A DNA stretch of 64,000 nucleotides, taken from contig NIVC01000803.1 in assembly GCA_002269645.1 (NCBI GenBank), positions 186,001-250,000 on the forward strand, given 5' to 3'. The stretch is from Macrostomum lignano (taxonomy: Eukaryota). Each line of letters begins with the position of its first letter. Position 1 is the stretch's first letter. The translations under genes were made by a program, and so were the position numbers. Below the pieces are notes generated by a model, which did not search any database, was not told the DNA's origin, and saw only the letters and a list, made by a program, of their open reading frames with translations. Shown here one piece after another: positions 51,130 through 64,000 of the stretch.

Positions 51130-52056
51130 TCTACCCGCTCCACTCTCTACTCCCCATTTCACTCTCTATCCCTTATTCCACTCTCTATCCCTTATTGCAC
51201 TCTCTATCCCTTATTCCACTCTCTATCCCTTATTGCACTCTCTATCCCTTATTCCACTCTCTATCCCTTATTGCACTCTCTATCCCTTATTCCACTCTCT
51301 ATCCCTTATTGCACTCTCTATCCCTTATTCCACTCTCTATCCCTTATTGCACTCTCTAACCCCCGTTCCACTCTCTACCCCCATTTCACTCTCTATCCCT
51401 TATTGCACTCTCTATCCCTTATTGCACTCTCTATCCCTTATTGCACTCTCTATCCCTTATTCCACTCTCTATCCCTTATTCCACTCTCTATCCCTTATTG
51501 CACTCTCTATCCCTTATTGCACTCTCTAACCCCGTTCCACTCTCTACCCCCATTTCACTCTCTATCCCTTATTGCACTCTCTATCCCTTATTGCACTCTC
51601 TATCCCTTATTGCACTCTCTATCCCTTATTGCACTCTCTAACCCCCGTTCCACTCTCTACCCCCATTTCACTCTCTATCCCTTATTGCACTCTCTATCCC
51701 TTATTGCACTCTCTATCCCTTATTGCACTCTCTATCCCTTATTGCACTCTCTATCCCTTATTGCACTCTCTAACCCCCGTTTCACTCTCTACCCCCATTT
51801 CACTCTTTATCCCTTATTCCACTCTCTATCCCTTATTCCACTCTCCATCCCTTATTCCACTCTCTATCCCTTATTCCACTCTCTATCCCTTATTCCACTC
51901 TCTATCCCTTATTCCACTCTCTATCCCTTATTCCACTCTCTATCCCTTATTGCACTCTCTATCCCTTATTCCACTCTCTATCCCTTATTCCACTCTCTAT
52001 CCCTTATTCCACTCTCTACCCCCGATTGTCACTCTCTACCCCGTTCCACTCTCTGC
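51130..52056. repeat. Minisatellite, 19-bp unit CTCTCTATCCCTTATT(G/C)CA
   Basis: Read directly; explains ORFs 51040-52104. Confidence 0.94.
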
Positions 52057-52063
52057 ACAGCTA

Positions 52064-52205
52064 TGAGGCCCAACCCCCAAGGCACCGAGAGTGTACATGT
52101 CTGATGATTAGAAAGTCGTACACCCTGTGTAAGCGTGTGTATGAGTGCGTGCCTGCGTACATGGGCGGCATTGTGTGGAACGATGTCGCCGAAGGTATTT
52201 CAGTA
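52064..52205 (+). mobile_element. Diverged internal SINE fragment
   Basis: GAGGCCCAACCCCCAAGGCAC..GTGTACATG..GAGTGCGTGCCTG aligns with 43546-43640. Confidence 0.7.
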
Positions 52206-52844
52206 TCTTGTGTTTACTCAAACCCATAAAAAAGCGATAAACAAGTAAGAAACAGATCGTCTAAAGAGTTAAAGCATCCTAGAAAAACACTAGTTTAAAA
52301 GCAAAGGCGCCCCTGCACATTGTTGGATTTTTGAGGCTATTCTGGCCCAGAAAGCCGAAACAGGCGCAGAGTTGCTCGATTAGCAATTCCATTCCATTAG
52401 CGAGAAAGAGTGGGCGGGCGGGGTGCGGAGAGTAGCGAAAGGAAGCAGCAAAGGAAATTCCAGGGCGACCAGCCTAATTACCAAAGCAGCGAAGAGATCA
52501 TTGGAGGGGAGGGGCCTTTAAAAAAAATGAGGAGAGAAAGCCACTGCGAGGAAAGCTGGACAGCTGCTCAGAGTGATGAAGCACGAATGCTGCTTGAGAA
52601 TCTCAGAAGAACTGGTCTTCAGGCTTGCGTGCGTGGGAGAGGGAAGGAGAGCTGGACGGGAAATGGCCAAGCTGATGCAGAGAACAGATGGCTTGAGGGG
52701 ACGGCACGGGATGCTGCGCTGCGGTCGGCCTGAACACGGCACTGTTCAACATTTTTAACCATGAAATTAGTATAATTACCCATGACGGGCAGGGTGTGAA
52801 AGTAAAAGATGAGAATGCGACAGAGTCTAAGAGTTTAGCCAAGG

Positions 52845-53760
<916 letters not shown>

Positions 53761-54464
53761 GCTGTAAGTGACCTCACAAGAGGTCAGAATCAGCAAATGC
53801 AGGTCGGCCACAGACCCGCCCACTCAAGAGTCTTCAGGCCACCCGCAGCCCCTCAGTAAAAAATGTAAAGCCGGAAATTTTGACACAAGCCATTTTTCCT
53901 TCGGACGTTAAGAATGAAAACAATGAGAACGGGAGTTCAACCCGGTGGGAGGGGGGGTTCAATGGACAGTGCAGTACAATGCGCGTGAATATAGTTTCAC
54001 ACAATACATTACTGAAGCTTCAACCCACAGGGAAGTTGCGTGTACAATCGGGCTTGCGGGAATTCAGGGTAGAGAAAAAGAGACTATAAGATCATAAATC
54101 ACCTGCGCAAATCCTCCAAGAGAGTCGAGAGCCTCACCAAGCCCACTTCTCACACTCAGTGGCTCCAGTTTCTAACTGCATAGCGGCAGGAGTCACTGGG
54201 CCACACTGTGAGATGAGGGCGTGTGGCTTTGGGCATTGTGGAAGTTTTTATATAACTGGGGAATGAGAGAGCGGAATGAGCACGCGAGGGGAGACAGTAT
54301 AATGGCGGCGTTATTTTTAATTGAATTGTAGCTTTTAAAGGTCTGAGCCACACGCGCTCTATGGTAGCTAGGCAGACAATATCTAACAAAGCATTGCTTG
54401 CATGGAAGTACCGGTATTGCATGCAATGAGAGAGAAAGGGGGGTCCGGGAGTCCAGGGAACCGA

Positions 54465-54900
54465 GGAGAAAAGGGAAGGAGAGGGGAGAGGGAGAGAAAG
54501 AGGGAGGAGGGAGAAAAGGAAGAGGTAGAGAGAAAGGGGAGAGGGAGAGAAAGGGGAGAGGGAGAGAAAAGGGAGAGGGAGAGAAAGGGGAGAGGGAGAG
54601 AAAGGGGAGAGGGAGAGAAAGGGGAGAGGGAGAGAAAAGGGAGAGGGAGAGAAAGGGGAGAGGGAGAGAAAGGGGAGAGGGAGAGAAAGGGGAGAGGGAG
54701 AGAAAGGGGAGAGGGAGAGAAAGGGGAGAGGGAGAGAAAGGGGAGAGGGAGAGAAAAGGGAGATAAAGGGGAGAGGGAGAGAAAGGGGAGAGGGAGAGAA
54801 AGGGGAGAGGGAGAGAAAAGGGAGATAAAGGGGAGAGGGAGAGAAAGGGGAGAGGGAGAGAAAGGGGAGAGGGAGAGAAAGGGGAGAGGGAAAGGGAGAG
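54465..54900. repeat. Polypurine repeat, ~16-17-bp unit GGGAGAGGGAGAGAAA
   Basis: Read directly. Confidence 0.92.
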
Positions 54901-54967
54901 GGCGGAGGTGAGGGGGGAGAATAGACAGTGGCCTGTTGCCATGAGGAGCCTGAGAGGGCAAACTCAC

Positions 54968-55032
54968 CAACGTGATCAACGATGACTGGGCAGTCGGCTG
55001 GCAGGTCATCAAGGGAATAGTTTTTCCCGGAC
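54968..55032 (-). CDS. Semaphorin, short exon (SGKNYSLDDLPADCPVIVDHV)
   Basis: TTCCAG acceptor, G|GTGAGT donor, 65 nt; phase 2/1 exactly bridges the flanking exons. Confidence 0.8.
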
Positions 55033-55431
55033 CTGGAATTGGGGTAAAAAAGCAACAAATTGAAAGCAATTGTGAGCAATAATGCATCAGTTTTAACAGT
55101 GCTTCTACAGGGCGAGTGTCTCCAGAGACAGCGCGTTGAGCTGCTACTAGAAGAGCTCTCAAAGAATTGGTTTTCCCCAAAACCCGATAATGTCCAGGGT
55201 TAAGCAACACCAGGAACTAAAAGCAAATGCATTTTTTGTTTGAATACAGTGTCAATCAAGAAAATTGAGGTAAAAATGGGAGAAAGGGATTAGCCGGATC
55301 AGACAATACGCCACCAGCTGACTCACATCGAGATAATGAAGTCTTAATTACTCGGATTGAAACCATGAATTACCTTTGAGATTCAATCTATGACCTCGGT
55401 CTGACTTAGCGACCAAGGACCACTAAGAATA

Positions 55432-55765
55432 TGAATTCTCGGCCAGTTCTGCAATCCTAAGTGGTCCCTGGCCACTTCTACTATCATAGTGGTCCTCGGC
55501 CAGTTCACCTACATGTATTCTATTGGTCCTGGGCAAATTCTACTATCATAGTGGTCCTCGGCCAGTTCAGCTATCCTAGTGGTCCCTGGCCACTTCTAGT
55601 GGTCCTCGGCCAGTTCAGTTATTGGTCCTGGGCAAATTCTACTATCATAGTGGTCCTCGGCCAGTTCAGCTATCATAGTGGTCCTCAGCCACTTCTAGTG
55701 GTCCTTGGACACTTCTACTTTCCTAGTGGAGCTTGACCATTGGTTCTACTCCTAGCGGTCCTTGC
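55432..55765. repeat. Degenerate minisatellite with core TAGTGGTCCTCGGCCAGTTC
   Basis: Irregular tandem copies. Confidence 0.75.
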
Positions 55766-55823
55766 TACCGACATGTATGGAAATTAGCATTTGATATTAG
55801 GCTTGGTGGTAAAATAAACTCAC

Positions 55824-56079
55824 CCAGTGATTGAGATCTCCGCGCACCGCATCCCGATGGGATCCCAGCGACATCCGGGATCCCTCCTGCAGGCGGGGCA
55901 GTCGGTCCCTGCCTGTCGGCATCCGGGCGACAGCGGCGCAGAGGCTGCCCGATCGCCGGAGAAGACGAACAGCCGGCCGTCGCGAACCACAACTCGATCG
56001 ACTGCGAAGTCGGGCAGAAGGTGCAGCGTCTCCAGAACGGAGCCGGTGTTGGCCAGGACTTTGAGCACTGCTCCGTTGT
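55824..56079 (-). CDS. Semaphorin exon: end of the Sema domain plus PSI domain
   Basis: D-NGAVLKV completes the GTD.G.V.K motif; CRQAGTDCPACRRDPGCRWDPIGMRC is a PSI cysteine pattern; CCCCAG acceptor, GG|GTGAGT donor. Confidence 0.9.
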
Positions 56080-56134
56080 CTGGGGGATTGGGATTGGGAA
56101 ATTAGCCATTGTAGAGGGATGTGACTGATTCTGT

Positions 56135-56780
56135 GCTCTAAGCACTCTCTGTTGGGTATACTGGACTCTGAGCACTCTGGCTCAGACTGTGGAGTGTGTT
56201 CGACCCTGGGCACTCTCTGTGGGATTTGAAGGACTCTGGGCGCTGAGCACTCCCGGAGGTGTGCTGCGGAAACAATTCTGAGCACTCCATGAAAAAATAG
56301 TTGTAAAGGAAGCCATTCTGAGCACTCTCTGATGAAGAAAGTGTGAAGGAACCCATTCTGAGCACTCTGGGGAAGAAGGGTTGAAGCAACCCATTTTAAG
56401 CATTCTCTGATGAAGAACGTGTGAAGGAACCCATTCTGAGCACTCTCTGATGAACGTTTGAAGGAACCTATTCTGAGCACTCTCTAAGGAAGAACGTGTG
56501 AAGGAACCCATTCTGAGCACTCTCTCATGAAGAACGTGTGAAGGAACCTATTCTGAGCACTCTCTAAGGAAGAACGTGTGAAGGAACCCATTCTGAGCAC
56601 TCTCTCATGAAGAACGTGTGAAGGAACCTATTCTGAGCACTCTCTAAGGAAGAACGTGTGAAGGAACCCATTCTGAGCACTCTCTCATGAAGAACGTGTG
56701 AAGGAACCTATTCTGAGCACTCTCTAAGGAAGAACGTGTGAAGGAACCCATTCTGAGCACTCTCTCATGAATAACGTGTG
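56135..56780. repeat. Minisatellite, 40-bp unit GAAGAACGTGTGAAGGAACC(C/T)ATTCTGAGCACTCTCT(CAT/AAG), alternating dimer
   Basis: Read directly. Confidence 0.92.
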
Positions 56781-57469
56781 GGGGAGAGAGCCTGGCTCGC
56801 TGCATTAGTCAGATGCATACACACCCATAATACACAGTTAAAGAAAATCACAATGGGACGACGTACAATGTAGCAGAAATGGCATAAAAATTGCTCAATT
56901 CCTCAATTCTCACTCCCAACACAGTGCAGGAGCAGTTAAGTTAGAGAAAAAAGACTACAAATTCAATGCTCTGACTTAGTCAGCTGTGACAGGTTACAAA
57001 TTTAGTCACAGAAAAGCTAGTATGGCAGCTAGGTGCTTCTAAACATCGCATCCTGCTGCTATTCAGAGCTTTTAGACAGGCCTTAACAGAAGAATTCAGT
57101 CTTCTCCTACTCTAGAGTAGCCTTATCGTCTGTAAATACAGTAGCTATGCTCAAATTCCTATCTGCTTCAATGCTTGTAATTGCAGTTACTAAAGTACTA
57201 AGCAGCAGTCTAACTAACGGCTGCCAAACTAGCTGCATACAAACTCAGCAAGTCATTTACGCAATGCCTATGAGACATGCGGAGCCAAGCACTCTGGCTG
57301 GCGGCAAAATTAAAGTGCAAATCATACTGCTGAAGAGATGAGGCATGCAGTACTTGCTATTCTCGGTGATGGATGGGAGTTGGGGAGGGCGATTCTAGAA
57401 GGGAGTTTGGGCAATTTGTCAGATTTTTATAGACGACTTTTTTTAACTCATCAATTCTGAATAGAAATT

Positions 57470-57972
57470 TTGTTGTGGGCGCTTTTTTAGAGGATTAAGA
57501 GCGATTTTCTAGAAGATTTAGGGGCGTTTTTTTAGGCGATTAAGGGGTGATTTTCTAGAGGATTGAGGGGAGATTTTCTAGGAGATTGAGGGGTGATTTT
57601 CTAGAAGATTGAGGGGAGATTTTCTAGGAGATTGAGGGGTGATTTTCTAGAAGATTGAGGGGAGATTTTCTAGGAGATTGAGGGGTGATTTTCTAGAAGA
57701 TTGAGGGGAGATTTTCTAGGAGATTGAGGGGTGATTTTCTAGAAGATTGAGGGGAGATTTTCTAGGAGATTGAGGGGTGATTTTCTAGGAGATTGAGGGG
57801 CGATTTTCTATAAGATTAAGGGGCGATTTTCTAGAGAATTGACGGTGATTTTCTATAAGATTGAGGGGCGATTTTCTAGTAGATTAAGGGTGATTTTTTA
57901 AGAGATGTGTAGGGGCGATTCTCTAGGGGATTTAGGGGTAATTTTGTAGGGAATTAAGAGGCGAGTTTCTAG
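57470..57972. repeat. Minisatellite, 23-bp unit GGGG(T/A)GATTTTCTAG(A/G)AGATTGA
   Basis: Read directly; alternating dimer in the core. Confidence 0.9.
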
Positions 57973-58017
57973 CATGTTGAAAAATTCAGAGGGCCATTAA
58001 AAACCTGTTGAACACAC

Positions 58018-58455
58018 CTGTGCCCATCAGCAGGAGGTCCCTAGGCGGCAATCCCACGTCAAAGGCGGCAGCCACCGCAGTCACGCGGTGCTTGGCCCCG
58101 GCCTGCAGAGTCAGCAGGCTGCTGGCCACAAGCGGCCGCGCTACCAGCGGCGCCATCCTTTCGACCTTCAAGTTGCTGAAGCGCAGCCTGCCAGCCTCAT
58201 CAGGAGTCCAGCTGCAGCTAGTCGGCTGCGCCCGGCCGCTCCGCCTGGCAAATTCCGACCTTGGCAACCGGCTGGCCGTGTAGGGCGCCTGCCAGGCAGT
58301 CCGGTTCAGCTCGATGAAGCTGTCCGCGCTCGATAGCAGCGCTTCGGCTTCGGCCGCGTCGAAACGGCAGACGGCTTGAAAACCACCGGCTGGCGAGTTC
58401 TGGGGCGAGAATAGGCCGTAGAAAGCGCCCGACTGGCTGAACTGAGTGACCTGGT
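58018..58455 (-). CDS. Semaphorin exon, Sema domain C-terminal part
   Basis: FYGLFS..NSPAG...AVCRFD (cf. FYGVFT..SNS...SAVC.F), W, P..C, VTAVAAAFD...DLLLMGT(D); TTGCAG acceptor, G|GTGTGT donor, 438 nt phase 1/1. Confidence 0.85.
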
Positions 58456-58484
58456 CTGCAAGCGAGCGGGGGAGTTGTCTATGG

Positions 58485-59295
58485 CTTAGACTGAATAGTC
58501 TATGGCTCAGACTGGATAGTCTATGGCTCAGACTGGATAGTCTATGGTTCAGACTGGATAGTCTATGGTTCAGACTGGATAGTCTATGGTTCAGACTGGA
58601 TAGTCTATGGCTCAGACTGGATAGTCTATGGTTCAGACTGGATAGTCTATGGTTCAGACTGGATAGTCTATGGTTCAGACTGGATAGTCTATGGTTCAGA
58701 CTGGATAGTCTATGGTTCAGACTGGATAGTCTATGGCTCAGACTGGATAGTCTATGGCTCAGACTGGATAGTCTATGGTTCAGACTGGATAGTCTATGGC
58801 TCAGACTGGATAGTCTATGGTTCAGACTGGATAGTCTATGGTTCAGACTGGATAGTCTATGGTTCAGACTGGATAGTCTATGGCTCAGACTGGATAGTCT
58901 ATGGCTCAGACTGGATAGTCTATGGTTCAGACTGGATAGTCTATGGCTATGGCTCAGACTGGATAGTCTATGGTTCAGACTGGATAGTCTATGGTTCAGA
59001 CTGGATAGTCTATGGCTCAGATTGGAAAGTCTATGGCTCGGACGGGATATTCTATGGCTCAGATTGGATAGTCTATGGCTCAGACTGGATAGTCTATGGT
59101 TCAGACTGGATAGTCTATGGCTATGGCTCAGACTGGATAGTCTATGGTTCAGACTGGATAGTCTATGGCTCAGACTGGATAGTCTATGGCTCAGATTGGA
59201 AAGTCTATGGCTCGGACGGGATATTCTATGGCTCAGATTGGATAGTCTATGGCTCAGACTGGAAAGTCTATGGCTCAGACTGGATAGTCTATGGC
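58485..59295. repeat. Minisatellite, 21-bp unit ACTGGATAGTCTATGG(T/C)TCAG
   Basis: Read directly; begins about 30 nt from the semaphorin acceptor. Confidence 0.95.
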
Positions 59296-60287
59296 TGTTT
59301 TAATATGGCTTAGACCAGTTTTTTATCACAAATTATCAACAGTATCAAGTTTCCTAGAGATGAAGCTAAGCTAGCTGCAATAAATCGATATATTTTGTGC
59401 AATGCTACATTGCAATGCTACAAGTCCGACTACATTCCTATAGGCCCCGTAGCCCAAACTCGAATTTTCTCCCTGCTCATCGGCGGCACAGCGGAACTGG
59501 GAACATGAGGCCAGCACGACGGCTTGCTGGGAAAGAAATCAATGAGACACTTCAGCTGCTGGGCAATAGCGTCATAAAAATTTTGAGGCATCGGCTCCTC
59601 GGGGTTGAACATGAGAGATCATATTTTTGACCTCGAAACTTTCTTAAGGTCACTGGCCGGCACTCGAGAGTGGAGATTCTAATTTTGGGACTATTGATTA
59701 GCGATGGGGAGGACTGTGGCATAAGATTTTTGTCAACACGTTTCGCTTCCACCCCCCCCCCAGTTTTAGTGATGATGATGAAGGAGCGAAGGGTAGACGG
59801 GCCCAGTCTCCGGGGCAAGCTGGAAGTGGACTCAAATCGAACTCTCCAGTGCTCCTCTACTCATATAGAAGCTACAAGCAGAGCGGCGCAAATCCCTGTG
59901 GAAATTAAAAAGGAAATTGTCTGGCGGGTTGCGTCACAGGCCCGCTTAATCAATAGGCTGCTCCCAACAGAGGCTTCTGGGCTTTCTCACCCGGTTTCTC
60001 TGCACGCATATTGTACTGCTCAGCTCCTCAGATCCCATATGGCGCACGCTATTGCCATAATTACTGCTAAATTTAATCAACCATTCCTAGCTGAATGGCT
60101 TTCTTAATGCTCAGTTCAAACAGCTCAAAGACGGATACTTCACCTCAGGTACATCGTAATAAATTCAACTGGTATAAAATGCCCTAATACGAATATTAGA
60201 TAATAAAATGTAAAACTTCGATATAACACTGATTAAGAAATTCATCTTTCTCGATTTTAGTCTCTCTCTGCATATTCATATCTATCC

Positions 60288-61125
60288 ATCACTCTGTATT
60301 ACTCTCCACTCAGTATTACACTCCACTCTGTATTACTCTCCACTCAGTATTACACTCCACTCTGTATTACTCTCCACTCAGTATTACACTCCACTCTGTA
60401 TTACTCTCCACTCTGTATTACTCTCCAGTCTGTACTACTCTTGACTCTGTACTACTCTTGACTCTGTATTACTCTCTATCGATCTGTATTACTCTCCACC
60501 GATCTGTATTACTCTCTATCGATCTGTATTACTCTCCACCGATCTGTATTACTCTCCACCGATCTGTATTACTCTATATCGATCTGTATTACTCTCCACC
60601 GATCTGTATTACTCTCCACCGATCTGTATTACTCTCCACCGATCTGTATTACTCTCCACCGATCTGTATTACTCTCTATCGATCTGTATTACTCTTCACC
60701 GATCTGTATTACTCTCTATCGATCTGTATTACTCTCAATCGATCTGTATTACTCTCTATCGATCTGTATTACTCTCAATCGATCTGTATTACTCTCTATC
60801 GATCTGTATTACTCTCTATCGATCTGTATTACTCTCAATCGATCTGTATTACTCTCCACCGATCTTTATTACTCTCCACCGATCTGTATTACTCTCAATC
60901 GATCTGTATTACTCTCAATCGATCTGTATTACTCTCCACCGATCTGTATTACTCTCAATCGATCTGTATTACTCTCTATCGATCTGTATTACTCTCTATC
61001 GATCTGTATTACTCTCCACCGATCTGTATTACTCTCAATCGATCTGTATTACTCTCTATCGATCTGTATTACTCTCAATCGATCTGTATTACTCTCTATC
61101 GATCTGTATTACTCTCCACCAATTT
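60288..61125. repeat. Minisatellite, 20-bp unit GATCTGTATTACTCTC(CACC/TATC/AATC)
   Basis: Read directly. Confidence 0.94.
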
Positions 61126-61822
61126 TTATTACGCTCCATCGCTCGGTATCACTTTCTGCCTCACTGAACCTCATGCTGTGCCCAGCAAGGCAAAATGCAA
61201 GCGGGTAGGGAATTAAAAAACCCCTGGCGACAGGCTTAATTAACGAATCCGGAAGTCCCGTCTTCTCCTGCCTTCGACTTTTTTTTGTCAAGCATCTCTC
61301 GCTCTCTCTCTCTTTCGCTCTTCGCCCAGAAGTCATCATTCATCACCAACAGTTGGCGCTGCAAGACAGACAGGAAAATTCCAACAAATCTTCATAGATA
61401 TTATAATTAATACGGGCACAGCATGGTGCCATCCGTAGGCTGCATCAAGGAGGCCAAGAGCCAGATTATGGAGAATCAATTCTTCTCCCAATTTCGGACA
61501 ACCCGCTATGGCGTTTGCTGCGTCATGTGGTGCAAAATGTATCCTAAACTTCGGTTCGGTACTCGTAGAAACGACTTTTTTAAACTTTCTTTTTAATTTT
61601 AAAGCTAAATAAAATAATTGAATTCTAAGCAATACCCGTACACTAAGAGCCAGTCGGAGGAAATTTACACTCGAGTTTCTTAGAAACGCGCTGAAGGCCG
61701 ATAAGGAACGCATATTTGTCGTATCGCCAATGCATTCAGTGTGCTCTCGAGAACTCATAGCGCTGATTGGGGTTTTGCCATAGACAAAAAATCCGGTCGA
61801 AAAATATCCGATTTCTTTAGAG

Positions 61823-62010
61823 CAGGGGTCGGCAAATCTTTTTACCTTAAGGGCCAGATAGAGAACCTAGAGACTGACTGCGGGCCAGAGGAGGGGAGAG
61901 ATGAGAGGAGAGATAAGATAGAATAGATTCGAGGGAAGAGCGCTGAGAATAGATACAAACCTTGAGCGGGCCGGATTGCTATTGTGAAGTTTCAAAGGAC
62001 CCGAGGGCTG
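61823..62010 (+). mobile_element. Left end of a hAT (Charlie/Buster-like) DNA transposon or MITE, truncated
   Basis: Starts CAGGGGTCGGCAAA; subterminal GGGCCAGAT/GCGGGCCAG/GCGGGCCGGAT motifs; preceding 8-mer CTTTAGAG fits nnnTAnnn; no right TIR seen. Confidence 0.55.
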
Positions 62011-63199
62011 GATAGAGAATTCGAGTTTGTGCGAGTTGTCATGCACAAAAGTTAAATTGAAATTCAGGTTTTTTCAGCCTGGGGATCAGACTGGGGATTT
62101 GGGCAAGAATCCCAGCTCCTGGTCTCCCTGGCTGCATCTATCTGTAATGCACAGAACTTTTTATAGCCATACGAACCCTCCCACACCGCAGAATCCATAT
62201 TTATTTTTCTGCGACTGTCGCCATCAGCACTGGTGAGGCAGGCGCTGTGAGGGTCGCCGCGCGTGGGAAAGGAGATTTGCGATTTGGGATTCTGGGGATG
62301 AATCCTAGACATTCGGGAAAAGAGCCTGCGCGAGACGATGGGATAGGGATTATAAATTTTTTGCTTGGCCCGCCACACCGTGGAAGAGAGCGAAAAGAAG
62401 CACCGATCGTCTGGAATTTTTAGTTTTACATTATGGATTTTGGAATCCCATTGGGGAAGCTGGTTGGCTGCAGATGGAAAACGCAGGCCTACTAAATACT
62501 GGTCTTAGTTAGGAGTCTCAAGTTTCTATAGTGTGACCTCGAGGGCTTCGGGATCAGCAGCAGGCGGCGTGTTTTGGGAAAAATTGTCCAAGGATAGAAG
62601 ACACTCTGCGCGGAACATCTGAGGTCAACACTTTGCCGCGGCCGAGCAGAAAGTGAACGGCCTGGCATTTAATGCGCGAACAGGGGAAAAAAGAAGACGG
62701 CAGGCTCTGCTTCCTCTGCTCCCCTTTTGACTACTTGCCAGCCTTTCATTTCGCTGGGAGCTAAGAGGAAAATGAAATTTTTTCAAGATGTCCTTCCAGG
62801 ATGCCCCTGGCGCTCCATTCTTTGTTGCTATGCTACCGCGGCTGCTGCTGTTACTGCACAGAGGTTTGAAAGTTATTGAAGCTTAATGGGCCGTATGAGG
62901 GTAGCAACACCCCCCCCCCCCTCAACCAAAAGTCTAGAGTTTCCAATGCCTAAAATATCTAATAAATGGTACAGACGGGGAGCTTAGGAAAAATCAATCA
63001 ATCAATCAATCTGTTTGGTTGTTGATGCCACTAGAAAATAGATGGCCGAAATGTTTGTTTATTGTAAACTGCTGTCTGGCTAAGTGCCTGGCTGCGAAAG
63101 TATCGAAACAGAAGGGAAAATAGGAGAGATGTGGGGAGATTGTAGGAGACTAAGGGGATAGTGAAAGGATAGGGAGAGAAGAGAGGAGAGGGCGGGGTA

Positions 63200-63445
63200 G
63201 AGGGGGAGAGACGGGTATAGAGAGACGGGTATAGAGAGACGGGTAGAGAGAGACGGGTAGAGAGAGACGGTTAGGGAGAGACGGGTAGAGAGAGACGGGT
63301 AGAGAGTGACGGGTAGAGAGAGACGGGTAGGGAGAGACGGGTAGGGAGAGACGGGTAGGGAGAGACGGGTAGGGAGAGACGGGTAGGGAGAGACGGGTAG
63401 GGAGAGACGGGTAGGGAGAGACGGATAGAGGGGAGAGACGGAGAG
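63200..63445. repeat. Purine-rich 14-bp repeat GGGTAG(G/A)GAGAGAC
   Basis: Read directly. Confidence 0.9.
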
Positions 63446-64000
63446 GGAAGAGGGGGAGAGTCAGGCAGAGATAAGGTAGCTGGGAGGAAGAGAGAAAACA
63501 CAGAGCTAGATAATAAAAGAGGGGGGAGTGGAGAGTGGAAAAAGATAGAGAGAAACTAACAAATAAGATAGCAGATACAAACGCCATTTAAGAGATTAGA
63601 GAAAGAAGTAGAAGGAAAGTAGAAGGAAGCCAGATCGAGACTGTTGTTGGTAAAAAGTCCTGGCCAGAGGGGGGTAAGCGGACACACAGAGAGAGAGAGA
63701 GCGGGTGACCACTGCTAGAAAAGTAGTGGGATTTTAAACGCACATACAGCATCCCTCCGGCTGTCAGAAAAGTGCAGCGGCACCGCAAAGGGGCAGCGGC
63801 GGCGGCATGGGTCGTGAAGGCTGCATAGTAGGCACAAGCAGCAGAAATAAAAGATGAATAGATTCAGGAATGCCGCTAGCTGTCTGCTGTACTGATCTGC
63901 GCACGACAGCGGGGCAAGTAAATGTATGCCAGACAGCCTCAGCCCGCTCCTCTCGAATGCAACTGCGCCATTTAAACGAAAAAATAGTAATAAAGACTTG

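Noticed and set aside
52088-52128. Hammerhead ribozyme (GTGTAC..CTGATGA-TTA-GAAA-GTC-GTACAC)
   Set aside because: Core-like words are present, but there is no stem II, the stem I register is offset by 4 nt, and the homologous SINE copy at 43570 lacks CTGATGA.

Overview
Eukaryotic (animal) genomic DNA with GC3-rich spliced exons embedded in very minisatellite-rich introns and intergenic DNA. The style resembles a free-living flatworm such as Macrostomum; that is inference only. Three spliced genes were reconstructed by hand. (1) A complete MOB3-type MOB kinase activator on the minus strand: join 8014-7973, 5209-4715, 3601-3515, 3431-3402; 217 aa. (2) A complete inositol polyphosphate 1-phosphatase (INPP1) on the plus strand: join 24110-24319, 38270-38387, 40319-40468, 40692-40869, 42779-43304; 393 aa, with a ~14-kb first intron. 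(3) The 3' part of a transmembrane semaphorin (Sema-PSI-TM-tail) on the minus strand: 58455-58018, 56079-55824, 55032-54968, 49581-48875; its upstream exons were not found in the window. About 27 mutually unrelated tandem arrays (units mostly 12-40 bp, largest ~10.7 kb) cover roughly 35 kb (~55%) and explain nearly all long ORFs in the ORF track, which I reject as genes. Also present: two decayed RNase H-type non-LTR retrotransposon fragments, three pieces of a tRNA-derived SINE family, and the left end of a hAT-like element. Most notable: a 3' module with a GNRA-capped stem-loop shared between the SINE and an adjacent LINE tail (candidate SINE-LINE pair), and a 3'UTR minisatellite whose unit contains the semaphorin's last codons and stop. 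No prokaryotic-type system (CRISPR, operon, rRNA) is present.
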